A stretch of DNA of 64,000 bases from Nanobdellota archaeon (GCA_042571125.1 JBHPFU010000001.1:193225-257224); one strand, 5' to 3'; shown: positions 51,885-61,691, counted from the first letter of the stretch. Notes: a model not told the origin generated them from the letters alone. Translations and numbers: made by a program.

Positions 51885-53777
51885 CTATTTCTTTTCTTCA
51901 ATCTCTTTCAATAACTCTTTTGAGAAATCATCTACTTTCTTTTCACCGTGTACTTGGTTGTCTCGTGTTCTGACATTTACTGATTTATTCTCTCCTTCCT
52001 TATCTCCAACAACTAGAATATAATTGAATTTCTGCAGTTCAGCATCACGAACCTTTTTTGATGTTGATTCTGCTCTGTCATCAATTTCAACTCTTAAGCC
52101 AGCTTCAAATAATTTTTTCTTAACTTCTTCTGCATACTTCTGATGTCTATCTGCGATTGGTAAAATCCTAACCTGGTTTGGTGATAACCAAAGAGGGAAT
52201 TTTCCTGCGTAATGTTCTACCATTATTCCGATAAATCTTTCTAAACTCCCTAAAATTGCCCTGTGAATCATAACTGGTGTTTTCTTGGTTCCATCATTTG
52301 ATTCATAAGTCGCTTCAAATTTAGCAGGCATAGAAAAGTCAATCTGGATTGTACCAAGTTGCCATCTTCTTCCGATAGCATCTTTTAGATTTATTTCAAT
52401 CTTAGGGCCATAGAATGCACCTTCACCTTCTTTTATTTTATACTCTAATTTTTTCTTTTTCATTGAATTTTCTAATGCAGAAGTTGCCTTTTCCCAAACT
52501 TTATCACTGCCCATTGCGCTTTCTGGTTTTGTTGCTATAAACCATTCATATTCTTCAAACCCAAATGCTTTGTAAACTTCAAGAGAATATTCAACCATGC
52601 CGATTATTTCATCTTCTAATTGATCTTCTGTGCAGAAAACATGGGCATCGTCTTGAGTAAATGACCTTACTCTAAACAAACCATGTAAAACACCCGAAAG
52701 TTCATGCCTGTGAACATAACCAAACTCAGCATTTCTTATTGGAAGTTCTCTATAAGAATGCATTCTTGATTTGTAAATTAATAATCCTCCTGGACAGTTC
52801 ATAGGTTTAACTGCAAATTCTCTCTCATCTATTTTTGTGAAGTACATATCTTCTTTGAAATGATCCCAGTGTCCAGAAGTTTTCCATAATGATTCGTTAA
52901 GAATAACAGGAGTCATTACTTCATTAAATCCGTATTTTTTATTCAGTTCTTTCGCATAATTAATTAGTTCTTTGTAGATCACTGCTCCTTTTGGATGCCA
53001 GAATGGAAATCCAGGACCTTCTTCATGGAAACTGTACAAATCCATCTCCTTTCCAAGTTTAATGTGATCTCTTTTCTTTGCCTCTTCAAGAATTTCCAGA
53101 TATTTTTTTAGTTCTTTTTTCTCTGGGAAAGAAATTCCATAAATTCTCTGTAAAGATTCTTTTTCTGAATCTCCTCTCCAGTATGATGCGCCCTGTTTTG
53201 TGAGCGTTATCGCTTTTATGTATCCTGTTGATGGAACATGTGGACCTTTACAAAGGTCTTCAAAATTTCCAATCGTATAAGAAGATAGGTCCTTTCCATA
53301 TTCATTAACTAATTCTAATTTGAATTTGTTATCTTTGAATAATTTCTTTGCTTCGTCTTTTGTTAATTCAGTTCTTTCAAATTTTAAATCTTTATCAATT
53401 ATCTCCTGCATCTTTTTTTCTATTTTTTCCAAATCTTCTGGTTTGAAAGGTTCAACCTCAAAATCATAATAGAATCCTTCTTCAACAGCAGGTCCGATTG
53501 TTGGTTTCGCTCTTTTGAAAAGTTCTGTAACAGCTGCGGCCATAATATGTGCTGAACTATGTCTAAATATCTCAACCCCTTCTTTATCTTTGAATGTGAT
53601 AATCCTTATCTTAGAGTCCTTTTCTAGCTTAGAATTAAGGTCTTTTAGCTCTCCATCCACTTCAATGGCTAAGGCAGCTTTAGCAAGCCTCTCACCTATT
53701 GATTTAGCGATTTCAGTGCCTGTGACGCCTTTTTTGAATTCCTCCACGATACCATCCGGGAAGGTTATTTTAACCAT
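51885..53777 (-). CDS. thrS: Threonyl-tRNA synthetase, bacterial-type architecture (TGS + N2 editing + class II core + anticodon-binding domain)
   Basis: TGS start MVKITFPDGIVEEFKKGVTG. Editing-domain zinc motifs HSSAH and CKGPH. Class II motif 2 HRHELSGVLHGLFRVRSFTQDDAH. The 45-codon upstream extension in the track overlaps the promoter and SD of the divergent gene, so I place the start at 53777. TTTAAAAA lies 28 nt upstream. Confidence 0.9.
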   Translation of the reverse strand: MVKITFPDGIVEEFKKGVTGTEIAKSIGERLAKAALAIEVDGELKDLNSKLEKDSKIRIITFKDKEGVEIFRHSSAHIMAAAVTELFKRAKPTIGPAVEEGFYYDFEVEPFKPEDLEKIEKKMQEIIDKDLKFERTELTKDEAKKLFKDNKFKLELVNEYGKDLSSYTIGNFEDLCKGPHVPSTGYIKAITLTKQGASYWRGDSEKESLQRIYGISFPEKKELKKYLEILEEAKKRDHIKLGKEMDLYSFHEEGPGFPFWHPKGAVIYKELINYAKELNKKYGFNEVMTPVILNESLWKTSGHWDHFKEDMYFTKIDEREFAVKPMNCPGGLLIYKSRMHSYRELPIRNAEFGYVHRHELSGVLHGLFRVRSFTQDDAHVFCTEDQLEDEIIGMVEYSLEVYKAFGFEEYEWFIATKPESAMGSDKVWEKATSALENSMKKKKLEYKIKEGEGAFYGPKIEINLKDAIGRRWQLGTIQIDFSMPAKFEATYESNDGTKKTPVMIHRAILGSLERFIGIMVEHYAGKFPLWLSPNQVRILPIADRHQKYAEEVKKKLFEAGLRVEIDDRAESTSKKVRDAELQKFNYILVVGDKEGENKSVNVRTRDNQVHGEKKVDDFSKELLKEIEEKK

Positions 53778-53831
53778 AGAATGCCTTATTTTACCTGTTT
53801 TTAAATAGTTTTTGGTGGTTTGATGATAAAG

Positions 53832-53845
53832 GAAAGGTTTATAAA
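53832..53845 (+). promoter_or_regulatory. BRE/TATA promoter (GAAAGGTTTATAAA) for 53879-54283, followed by a GGAGG SD
   Basis: The TATA lies 41 nt upstream of the ATG. GGAGG at 53867-53871 lies 7 nt before the ATG. Confidence 0.5.
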
Positions 53846-53878
53846 TTAAAACTTTACACTCCTTTCGGAGGGTAAAAA

Positions 53879-54283
53879 ATGACAGGAAATCCAATAGGTG
53901 CAATCGCACCAAGCACAGTAAAAACAGATGTGGCTAGACAAGAGTTTACAGCGCAAGACATAGAAGCAGCTAACAATTCTAAACTTTTTGCAGAAGCACT
54001 TAGAGTGGCTGGGTTTAGAGCAGAGTATGAAAGCATGGCAAGAAACCATTTTATTTATGGTCCGACTCACGCAGTTACTTCTGCTGAAGATTTTGTTCAC
54101 GCAGTAATTCAAGGAGAAGGAACTGTTCGTGTTTGTAAGAAAGACGACCTTTCTGTAAAGCTTGCAATGAAATCAGGTAATATCGAAGACGTAGAAGCAA
54201 CAATACAGGATGTAATATCAAGACCTGAGGCAGAATATAAAAGTTCAGCATATCAGGGATACGCAAGAACAGTTAGAAAATAA
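53879..54283 (+). CDS. Hypothetical small soluble protein (134 aa)
   Basis: The ORF has both a consensus promoter and a strong SD. Its composition (Ala/Val/Gly/Glu-rich, few Lys/Ile/Asn) differs visibly from neighbouring proteins. No family recognised. Confidence 0.6.
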   Translation: MTGNPIGAIAPSTVKTDVARQEFTAQDIEAANNSKLFAEALRVAGFRAEYESMARNHFIYGPTHAVTSAEDFVHAVIQGEGTVRVCKKDDLSVKLAMKSGNIEDVEATIQDVISRPEAEYKSSAYQGYARTVRK

Positions 54284-54286
54284 TTT

Positions 54287-55375
54287 TTATATTAAATGTA
54301 TTTCTAGAACATCTTCATCTTTTAATTCATGCTTTAGCTGGAATACTTGGCCAGGGAACTTAGCTGATTTGCCCCATACTCTGGCAAATCTGAATTTGTT
54401 AATGAAATCTCGATGTATTTTGGAGCATGCTCCTTCGATTGTTGTTCCTTTTTTAATTATCAAAGGTTCTTTCATATCTGCGTCCTTACCCACTTCCTTC
54501 AAATAAATTCGCATAAGATCTAATTTTTTGAAAATCAAATCTTTTAGTTCATCCAATCTTATTTTTTTATCAGCAGAGATTTCTAGATCTGGTTTTAATT
54601 TTTTTCTTAATTCTTTTAGTTTCCCTTCATCAACAGTATCAATCTTATTTAGAATAGTAATCGCAGGAATATAAATACGATTACCTTCAATTGCATCGAT
54701 CAACAAATCAATATCTACTTTAGTTCTTATTAAAACATCTGCATTTGTTATCTTGAATTCTTTTAAAATATCTGTGATCGTTTCTTTTGTTAATTCTAAT
54801 TTAACTGTTGAACCAATGCGAATCCCGTCTTTTGCTGTTTTTCTAATCCTTACATCCGGTCTTTTTTGATTTACGCGAATACCCGACTCATAAATTTCAC
54901 TTAGAATAGTTTCATAATGCTGCGGCCTGTTAACATCAATCAAAACAATAATCATTTCAGCAGCTCTGACCATAGACAGAACTTCTTTTCCACGGCCAGT
55001 TCCAGCTGCAGCACCATGAACAATCCCTGGAACATCAACAATCTGTATTTTTGCGTGTTTATGATCTAGCATGCCTGGGATAACGGTTAATGTTGTAAAC
55101 TCATAATCCGCAACTTTCGACTTGGCGTCTGTTATGGCATTTAATAGTGTAGATTTGCCCACAGAAGGAAAACCTAGCAATGCGACAGTTGCATCACCTG
55201 TTTTTTTGATAGCATATCCTTCTGTCTTGAATTTTTTAGAAGATTTTGCAGCTGATTTATCTTTAAGCTTTGCAAGCTGAGCCTTATAGAGTCCTATTGC
55301 TCTCTGGGTCCTCTTGTTGTATTTTGACTTGGATATAAGCTCTTCAAGCTCTTTTATCCTTTCTTCTTCTCCCAT
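54287..55375 (-). CDS. Developmentally regulated GTP-binding protein (DRG/Rbg-type Obg-family GTPase) with C-terminal TGS domain
   Basis: G1 GFPSVGKSTLLN, G3 DVPG, G4 NKID, and a TGS-like C-terminus. The family N-terminus MGEEERIKELEELISKSKYNKRTQ begins at the Met at 55375, which has a TTTAAA element 28 nt upstream. The track start at 55438 is probably too long. Confidence 0.85.
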   Translation of the reverse strand: MGEEERIKELEELISKSKYNKRTQRAIGLYKAQLAKLKDKSAAKSSKKFKTEGYAIKKTGDATVALLGFPSVGKSTLLNAITDAKSKVADYEFTTLTVIPGMLDHKHAKIQIVDVPGIVHGAAAGTGRGKEVLSMVRAAEMIIVLIDVNRPQHYETILSEIYESGIRVNQKRPDVRIRKTAKDGIRIGSTVKLELTKETITDILKEFKITNADVLIRTKVDIDLLIDAIEGNRIYIPAITILNKIDTVDEGKLKELRKKLKPDLEISADKKIRLDELKDLIFKKLDLMRIYLKEVGKDADMKEPLIIKKGTTIEGACSKIHRDFINKFRFARVWGKSAKFPGQVFQLKHELKDEDVLEIHLI

Positions 55376-55453
55376 ACATCTAAAAATCGCTGTTTTGTTT
55401 AAATTATTTGCTATTTCGCAACATTTAAAAAGAGACATTTTGTAAGTTTATAT

Positions 55454-56539
55454 ATGTTCTCAAGCAAGACAGAAACAGACAAATCATTAGAATGGTTAAA
55501 GAGAAAGAATCTGCTAACACTAGCAAAATCGCATTCTAAAGAACTTGAAAAGACATTTAATGAATGTCTTAATGCAACAAATGAACAGGTGTTAGTTATT
55601 GGAGATAGAGGATACAGAAATCAAAGAATTTCTGCACTGCTTTCAGCTTCATACTATTTTGCTGCAAAAAAAGAAGGACGTAAACCTATTCTTATCCTGC
55701 AAAAGCCAAAACTTGTAGGAGAAATCGCAGATAAAATGGTGACCGATGTTCTGTCTGCTCTTCCGGAGAAAAGCATAATCATCACAGCATTATCGCATAA
55801 ACTTGGAAGATTAAACAAAGAGAGCGGTAAGAGTTTTAGAAAGTTCTGTAAAACAAATAAACATAAATTTGTTTCTTGCGGAGGATTAGCGAACTTAACA
55901 ACAGAACAATTCAGTTATGTTGCAGAATCAATTAATATAGACTATAAAGAACTGCAAAAAAAACACGCAAACTTGAAAAAAATATTATCAAAAGCAAAAA
56001 AAATTCAAATTACAACAGATAAAGGAACAAACCTAACATTGGATGTTACAGGGATTGTTGCACATTCTTCTGATGGAAAGTATACTCTGCCTGGTGTTGG
56101 AGGAAATCTTCCTGCAGGAGAAGTTTATATCGCTCCAAAAAATGCGAATGGCATCGTGATTGTTGACGGAAGTTCAAAAAGAAGAGGAGGAACAACATTG
56201 ATCAAAGAGCCAATTACTTTAATTATTGAAAACGGGCAGGTTATTAAGATTGAAGGGGGATTTGAGGCAAATCTTCTACAAAAAACAGTTGACTGGGCCA
56301 AAAAAAGAGCAAAAAAACCAGAAAACATAACAAGACTTGCAGAATTTGGCATTGGTCTGAATCCAAAAGCAAAGATTGTTGGAGCAACGATTATTGATGA
56401 AAAAACAATCGGAACTGCCCACGTTGCACTTGGTTCAAATTATTGGTTTGGAGGAAACATTTTTACAATTATACACTTAGACCAGGTTTTTAGGAATCCT
56501 AAAATTTATGTTGACAATAAAGAACTGCTTATTGAATAA
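55454..56539 (+). CDS. Aminopeptidase, M29 (AmpS/PepS-like thermophilic metalloprotease) family
   Basis: LPAGEVYIAP, AEFGIGLNPKA and DEKTIGTAHVALG are characteristic M29 blocks. The 361-aa size is typical. Confidence 0.75.
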   Translation: MFSSKTETDKSLEWLKRKNLLTLAKSHSKELEKTFNECLNATNEQVLVIGDRGYRNQRISALLSASYYFAAKKEGRKPILILQKPKLVGEIADKMVTDVLSALPEKSIIITALSHKLGRLNKESGKSFRKFCKTNKHKFVSCGGLANLTTEQFSYVAESINIDYKELQKKHANLKKILSKAKKIQITTDKGTNLTLDVTGIVAHSSDGKYTLPGVGGNLPAGEVYIAPKNANGIVIVDGSSKRRGGTTLIKEPITLIIENGQVIKIEGGFEANLLQKTVDWAKKRAKKPENITRLAEFGIGLNPKAKIVGATIIDEKTIGTAHVALGSNYWFGGNIFTIIHLDQVFRNPKIYVDNKELLIE

Positions 56540-56574
56540 AAAACTATATAAATGGCAAAACAAATTTCTAATAT

Positions 56575-56913
56575 ATGAAACAAGTTATCCTCTCTAGACA
56601 GGATTTAAAGCTTCCTAAGGGCAAATTAGCTGTTCAGGTAGCTCATGCTTCTGTTGATGCAGTTCTTAGATCTGATAAAAGAAAAGTGGATTCCTGGAAA
56701 AGTATAGGAATGAAAAAAGTAGTTTTGAAAGTAAAAGATTTGAGAGAATTAAAAAAATATATTTCATTAGCAAAAGAATCAAAATTAACAACGTCAATTA
56801 TACAAGATGCTGGCCTAACAACCATCCCTGCAGGAACAATAACTTGTGGTGCGATCGGTCCAGATGATGATGAGTCAATAGATGCTATAACTGGCAAATT
56901 AAAGATGGTGTGA
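56575..56913 (+). CDS. pth2: Peptidyl-tRNA hydrolase, archaeal/eukaryotic type (Pth2)
   Basis: 112 aa. KLPKGKLAVQVAHASV and IQDAGLTTIPAGTITCGAIGP are typical of the family. TATATAAA lies about 30 nt upstream. Confidence 0.9.
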   Translation: MKQVILSRQDLKLPKGKLAVQVAHASVDAVLRSDKRKVDSWKSIGMKKVVLKVKDLRELKKYISLAKESKLTTSIIQDAGLTTIPAGTITCGAIGPDDDESIDAITGKLKMV

Positions 56914-56914
56914 G

Positions 56915-58486
56915 ATGAGTAATAAAGAAGTAATCCACTGGGCAGATTCTGCCGCAAAAAAAATCATAGCAGAAAAAGGAAACAAAGAAAGCTATGTCTG
57001 TGAAGCAGCAATAACTCCTTCTGGAACTGTTCATATTGGAAATTTTAGAGAGATAATCACGGTTGATTTAGTCAGAAGAGCTCTAGAGTCAATAAAAAAG
57101 AAAGTTCGCTTTATTTATTCTTGGGATGATTATGATGTTTTTAGAAAAGTACCAAAAAACATGCCAAAACAGGAAGAATTAAAGAAATATCTAAGAATGC
57201 CCATCATAGAAACCCCCGATGTTTACGGATGTCACGATTCTTATGCAGAACATAATGAGAGTGAAGTTGAAGAAGACATTCCAAAAGTTGGAATAAATCC
57301 TGAATTTATTTATCAAAGTAAAAAATACAGAAAAGGAGATTATGCTGATGAAATCAAATTCTGTTTAGAAAACACAGACAAAATAAAAGAAGTATTAAAT
57401 GAATTTAGGACAGAACCTTTAAAAGATGACTGGCTGCCTGTTGCGGTTTTCTGTGAAAAATGCAAAAAAGACACTATAAATAGTTTAAAATATGAAGGAG
57501 GCCATGAAATAACATATGAATGCGACTGCGGTCATAAAGAAACGTTTGACTTTAGAAAAAAAGGAATTGTTAAACTTGCCTGGAGAGTAGACTGGCCAAT
57601 GAGGTGGGTTTATGAAAAAGTTGATTTTGAATCTGGCGGAAAAGATCACTTTACAGCAGGAGGCTCTTTTGACAGCGCAAATAAATTAATTAAGGCACTT
57701 TGGGATAGAGACGCACCTTCACAGTTTAGATATGATTTTGTTAGAATAAAAGGCGCAGGCGGAAAAATATCAAGTTCAGAAGGAAACGTTATAACATTGA
57801 AAGACGTTTTAGAGGTTTATGAACCAGACATGGTTCGATGGCTATTCGCAGGAACAAGACCAGGAACAGAATTCGCGATATCTTTTGATACAGAAGTAAT
57901 AAAGAATTACGAAGAGTTTGATAAAGTCGAAAGAATATACTATGGAGAAGAGAATGTTTCAGACAAAGAAAAATCAAAACAAAAAAGAATCTATGAATTA
58001 TCTTGTGTTGATAAACCGCAGAAGAAAATACCCTTCCAGCCTTCATTTAGAAACCTAACAAATGTTCTTCAAACTCACGTTATGGATGTTGAGAAATCAA
58101 TTGGTTATTACGAAAAAGAATTAAAGCACGAATTTGACAAGGAAAGATTAAGATTAAGAGCAAATTGCGCAAAGAATTGGCTTGAAAAGCATGCTCCAGA
58201 AGATTTTAGATTTGTTGTGCAGGATAAACTTCCCAAATTAAAACTATCTGAAAATATTAAAAAGCTTCTGAAAGAAATTGCTAAGAAATTAAAAGAACGG
58301 GACTGGACAGATAAAGAATTGCATGAAGAATTCTATGTTTTAGTCAATAACAGCGAAGTAAACAACAAAGACTTCTTTAAATCAGCATATAATGTTTTAA
58401 TTAACAAAGACAAAGGACCGCAATTAGCAAACTTTATTCTAACAATTGGCAAGGACCGAGTTATTAATCTATTTGAGAAATTATGA
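56915..58486 (+). CDS. lysK: Lysyl-tRNA synthetase, class I
   Basis: HIGH-like PSGTVHIGNFRE, KMSKS-like GGKISSSEGN, and a Zn-binding CEKC..CDCGH insertion. The 523-aa length is typical of archaeal class I LysRS. Confidence 0.9.
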   Translation: MSNKEVIHWADSAAKKIIAEKGNKESYVCEAAITPSGTVHIGNFREIITVDLVRRALESIKKKVRFIYSWDDYDVFRKVPKNMPKQEELKKYLRMPIIETPDVYGCHDSYAEHNESEVEEDIPKVGINPEFIYQSKKYRKGDYADEIKFCLENTDKIKEVLNEFRTEPLKDDWLPVAVFCEKCKKDTINSLKYEGGHEITYECDCGHKETFDFRKKGIVKLAWRVDWPMRWVYEKVDFESGGKDHFTAGGSFDSANKLIKALWDRDAPSQFRYDFVRIKGAGGKISSSEGNVITLKDVLEVYEPDMVRWLFAGTRPGTEFAISFDTEVIKNYEEFDKVERIYYGEENVSDKEKSKQKRIYELSCVDKPQKKIPFQPSFRNLTNVLQTHVMDVEKSIGYYEKELKHEFDKERLRLRANCAKNWLEKHAPEDFRFVVQDKLPKLKLSENIKKLLKEIAKKLKERDWTDKELHEEFYVLVNNSEVNNKDFFKSAYNVLINKDKGPQLANFILTIGKDRVINLFEKL

Positions 58487-59148
58487 AACTAGCAGCACTT
58501 ACATCTGGGGGAAAAGATTCTTTATTTGCTATTTACAAAGCTAATGAACAGCACGAAACAGTCTGCTTGATTTCATTAAAGCCAGAAAGAGATGATTCTT
58601 ACATGTTCCATGTTCCAAATATTGATTTAGTTCAAGATATATCAGAAAACATGGGCTTACCATTAATAGCTGAAACTTCTTCAGGAATAAAAGAAAAAGA
58701 ATTAGAAGATTTGGAAAGAGCAATAAAAAAAGCAAAAGAACAATATCAGATAGAAGGGGTTGTTGCTGGAGCAATAGGATCAAACTATCAATACGAAAGA
58801 GTTGAAAAAATTTGCAGAAAACTACACCTAGAAGTCATCACACCTATCTGGCAGATGGATGAAGAAGAATACATGAAAGAGCTAATAAAAACATTTAAAG
58901 TTATGATTGTAGAGATAGCAGCAGACGGTTTAGATGAATCTTGGTTAGGAAAAACCATCGATGAATCCGTTTTAAACGATTTAAATGAACTAAACAAAAA
59001 AACAGGACTCAATATTGCCGGCGAAGGAGGAGAATACGAATCTTTTGTTCTAAACTGTCCATTATACCAAAAAGAATTTCAAGTCAAAACCTCTGAAAAA
59101 CGAATGGAGAACGCCTGTACTGGCAATTTACTCATTTCTCTCGGATAA
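58483..59148 (+). CDS. PP-loop ATP pyrophosphatase of the MJ0570/diphthine-ammonia ligase (Dph6-like) family
   Basis: N-terminal MKLAALTSGGKDS PP-loop and a C-terminal GEGGEYESFVLNCP block. Overlaps the lysK stop by 4 nt. Confidence 0.8.
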   Translation: MKLAALTSGGKDSLFAIYKANEQHETVCLISLKPERDDSYMFHVPNIDLVQDISENMGLPLIAETSSGIKEKELEDLERAIKKAKEQYQIEGVVAGAIGSNYQYERVEKICRKLHLEVITPIWQMDEEEYMKELIKTFKVMIVEIAADGLDESWLGKTIDESVLNDLNELNKKTGLNIAGEGGEYESFVLNCPLYQKEFQVKTSEKRMENACTGNLLISLG

Positions 59149-59289
59149 ACCACAGAAAAGAAATATATAGTATATATGGACTACTGTATAGTAACAGAAA
59201 ATAGTAAGATTTATAAATTATTCAAGCCTACTTTTTACAGGGGAAAGCTTTAATATGGCTTTATTGGTAGCTAGGCATGCAATGTTAAA

Positions 59290-61071
59290 ATGGATAAAAA
59301 ATCGAGCGATCTAGAAGAAAAAGTTTCTGATCAACCAAAGAAAAAAGTAGTTGTTGCTAGCTCTGAATATTCAATGTATGGTTTTATTAAGCAAATGCTT
59401 AATGCGCAAGGCTATGAAGTTGTACATGCAAGAGATAGAGATAAATTAGTTGAAATCCTTACAAAAGAAAAAGGAAATCTTGCTGCTTGTATTGCAAATC
59501 CTGAATCAGCTATGGAAGAGCGTAAAGAACTTACAAAAGCAAGGCAGATTTATAAAAGATTAAAAGACCTCAGAGGCAAAATAGATCAAAAAGAGATTGA
59601 TAAGATTGAAAGAGAGTATAATAAAGCAAAGAAAGACGAGCTTTCTTTAGAAGCAATAAAATTAATTGCAGATGGTCATAAACTAAATTTAGTTTTATGT
59701 GGGTCTCCTAATTACAGAAAAAGAAAACAAGCAGTAGTTAGAGATGCTAAAAGCAATGACCGATATTTCAACATGGAAAGATTGCTTAGTTCTGAAGATA
59801 TGAGAACTAAGCTTACTAACGTGTTATTCGAACCTTTTGAACCTCGTGGAAGAAACAATGTTGGCATCCTGTTGATGGGAACAACAGGTAGTGCAAAATC
59901 TACTTACGCATGGTACACTGCAAAAGAATTAGGAAAAGATGCAAAAGTTTGCGACAGAGCTACAGATAGATATATAAGGGAAGAGGAGAAAAAAAGAGGA
60001 GGAATAAAACCAATATCAAAAAAAGAAAGATACCTATATAGATTTGAATTAGAAGGAGATGAATTTGCAATCCCTGAAACAGCATGCACAGATCTAGAGG
60101 AATTTGATGTTTTCCTAGAATCCTCTGTTTATGAGCAAAAGGGAGAGATCATAAAGGCATTTCCAAAAGAACTTAGAGAAAAAATAGTTCCAATTCTAAT
60201 TTATACTAGTCCAGAACGGGCAAAACAAGGATTAGAGCAGAGGCTAGGAGCAGCAGAAACATTAAAAAGAAGCGAGATAGTAGAAAAACAAGATAAAAAA
60301 TTCTTAGAACATGCACACGAGTTTGATTTTATTGCGTATAATGGTGTCCCCATAATAAAAAATAAAGCAGCTATGCTTCAAGCATTGCATGATTATGTGC
60401 ACAAAAAGATTATTCCTGTAAGAAACTTCTTGGTTGCGGGGCATAGTAAAGAAGATTATGTTCCTCTTTGTTTAGAAAAATTGTTTGGAAATAGGTATAA
60501 AAGTCTTGAAAAACTTGAAAGGGCTGTTAATAACAGCAAAACTGGTGTTGGTTTTGATCTTGATGAAGACATTATGAGAAGTGCAGAAGAACTTTCACCA
60601 GAAGTTGCTAAAATCCTAAAAAAGAGTGTAAGAGTAAAACAGATTAAAAAAGCACACGGAAGACTTACTCTTGTTCTTGACGAATATAAAGACTGGAAAG
60701 AAAGAAATGGTATCATAAAATATCTTGAAGCTCAGTTGGGGATGTCTGCGAGGTATATAAACAAAGATTCAAATTATAGAAGATTCTCTTCATTTGGATT
60801 ATTAAAAGCATCTTATAGAACTGGAGAAGATATTAGAGCAGAAGGAACCGAAACAGAAGGATTGCATGATGGGGCGGTATTCTCATTAACCGACTTTGCT
60901 GGAAATCTTTTAGGAACTGATGCCCCATGTTACGCATTAAATATAGCTTTCTTAAAAAGAGCACATAAAGATAAAGAAATCAGTCTAGACCCTATATCTT
61001 CTGAAGAATATAAAGAAAAACAACAAGGACTTTCGATATCCGAATTAAACCGAGGAATAGAAACAAAATGA
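59290..61071 (+). CDS. Hypothetical 593-aa protein with a central P-loop (Walker A-like) motif
   Basis: GILLMGTTGSAKSTYAW (GxxGxxKS/T). The N-terminal segment of about 100 aa (KKVVVASSEYSMYGFIKQMLNAQGYEVV) loosely resembles a receiver fold but lacks the acidic pocket. The remainder is unrecognised. Confidence 0.55.
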   Translation: MDKKSSDLEEKVSDQPKKKVVVASSEYSMYGFIKQMLNAQGYEVVHARDRDKLVEILTKEKGNLAACIANPESAMEERKELTKARQIYKRLKDLRGKIDQKEIDKIEREYNKAKKDELSLEAIKLIADGHKLNLVLCGSPNYRKRKQAVVRDAKSNDRYFNMERLLSSEDMRTKLTNVLFEPFEPRGRNNVGILLMGTTGSAKSTYAWYTAKELGKDAKVCDRATDRYIREEEKKRGGIKPISKKERYLYRFELEGDEFAIPETACTDLEEFDVFLESSVYEQKGEIIKAFPKELREKIVPILIYTSPERAKQGLEQRLGAAETLKRSEIVEKQDKKFLEHAHEFDFIAYNGVPIIKNKAAMLQALHDYVHKKIIPVRNFLVAGHSKEDYVPLCLEKLFGNRYKSLEKLERAVNNSKTGVGFDLDEDIMRSAEELSPEVAKILKKSVRVKQIKKAHGRLTLVLDEYKDWKERNGIIKYLEAQLGMSARYINKDSNYRRFSSFGLLKASYRTGEDIRAEGTETEGLHDGAVFSLTDFAGNLLGTDAPCYALNIAFLKRAHKDKEISLDPISSEEYKEKQQGLSISELNRGIETK

Positions 61072-61691
61072 CTCAAAACTACATATTTGATTTATTCAGG
61101 ACTTTAGTAACCGAGCCAGGTTTTAGAACATTATTTAGAGATCTGTTTAAGATGGAATATGATGAAATTAGAAAACATACTACAGTAGCAGATTTTGGCG
61201 GTATTGAAAACTGTGTTGATCATGTTGTCGAAGCGTATCGTTTAGGATTTAACAGAGAAAAAAAAGAGAAAATTGTTAAAACAATAAAAGAATGGCAGCA
61301 TACGCCTCAATTATATCCTGGTGTTTTGGAAACATTAACCGATCTGAAAGGAAGAGGCGCTAAAATAGGTTTGATTTCTAATTGTGATGATATGATATAC
61401 GGTGTTTTTGATAAAACAGAGTTGAGTACTTTTTTTGATGCTTGTATTTTTTCTCATAAAGAAGGAGTCTCAAAACCAGACCCGACAATCTACCACATAT
61501 GTTTAGATCAAATGAAAGCTTCTCCACTGAATACAACAATGGTAGGAGATCGTATGGATAATGATGTTGCCCCTGCAAGAGAAATGGGAATGCGCGGAGT
61601 TTTGATTGATTATAGTTATAAGAAAAAGCCAAGTGATTCTTCAGAGCCCGATAGAATTATATCATTAAAAGAACTTCTTGTTCAAGAATAA
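61068..61691 (+). CDS. HAD-superfamily hydrolase, subfamily IA-like, with non-canonical motif I (DLFRT)
   Basis: Motif I YIFDLFRTL (the Asp+2 position is Phe, as in dehalogenase-type or atypical members), motif II GLISNC, Lys in SKPDP, motif IV GDRMDNDV. ATGA overlap with the upstream gene. Confidence 0.7.
   Translation: MTQNYIFDLFRTLVTEPGFRTLFRDLFKMEYDEIRKHTTVADFGGIENCVDHVVEAYRLGFNREKKEKIVKTIKEWQHTPQLYPGVLETLTDLKGRGAKIGLISNCDDMIYGVFDKTELSTFFDACIFSHKEGVSKPDPTIYHICLDQMKASPLNTTMVGDRMDNDVAPAREMGMRGVLIDYSYKKKPSDSSEPDRIISLKELLVQE

Noticed and set aside
53778-53912. 45-codon N-terminal extension of thrS, and likewise 55376-55438 for the DRG GTPase and 62678-62803 for the small acidic ORF
   Set aside because: The extensions precede the conserved family N-termini (MVKITFPDG..., MGEEERIKELE...). 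They overlap promoter or SD elements of divergent genes and leave no room for the gene's own TATA box.
55447-55454. TTTATATA immediately at the aminopeptidase start codon as its promoter
   Set aside because: It overlaps the ATG itself, so it cannot drive that start, and there is no suitable in-frame ATG downstream. A TTTAAAAA element at about 55423-55430 fits the -30 rule better.
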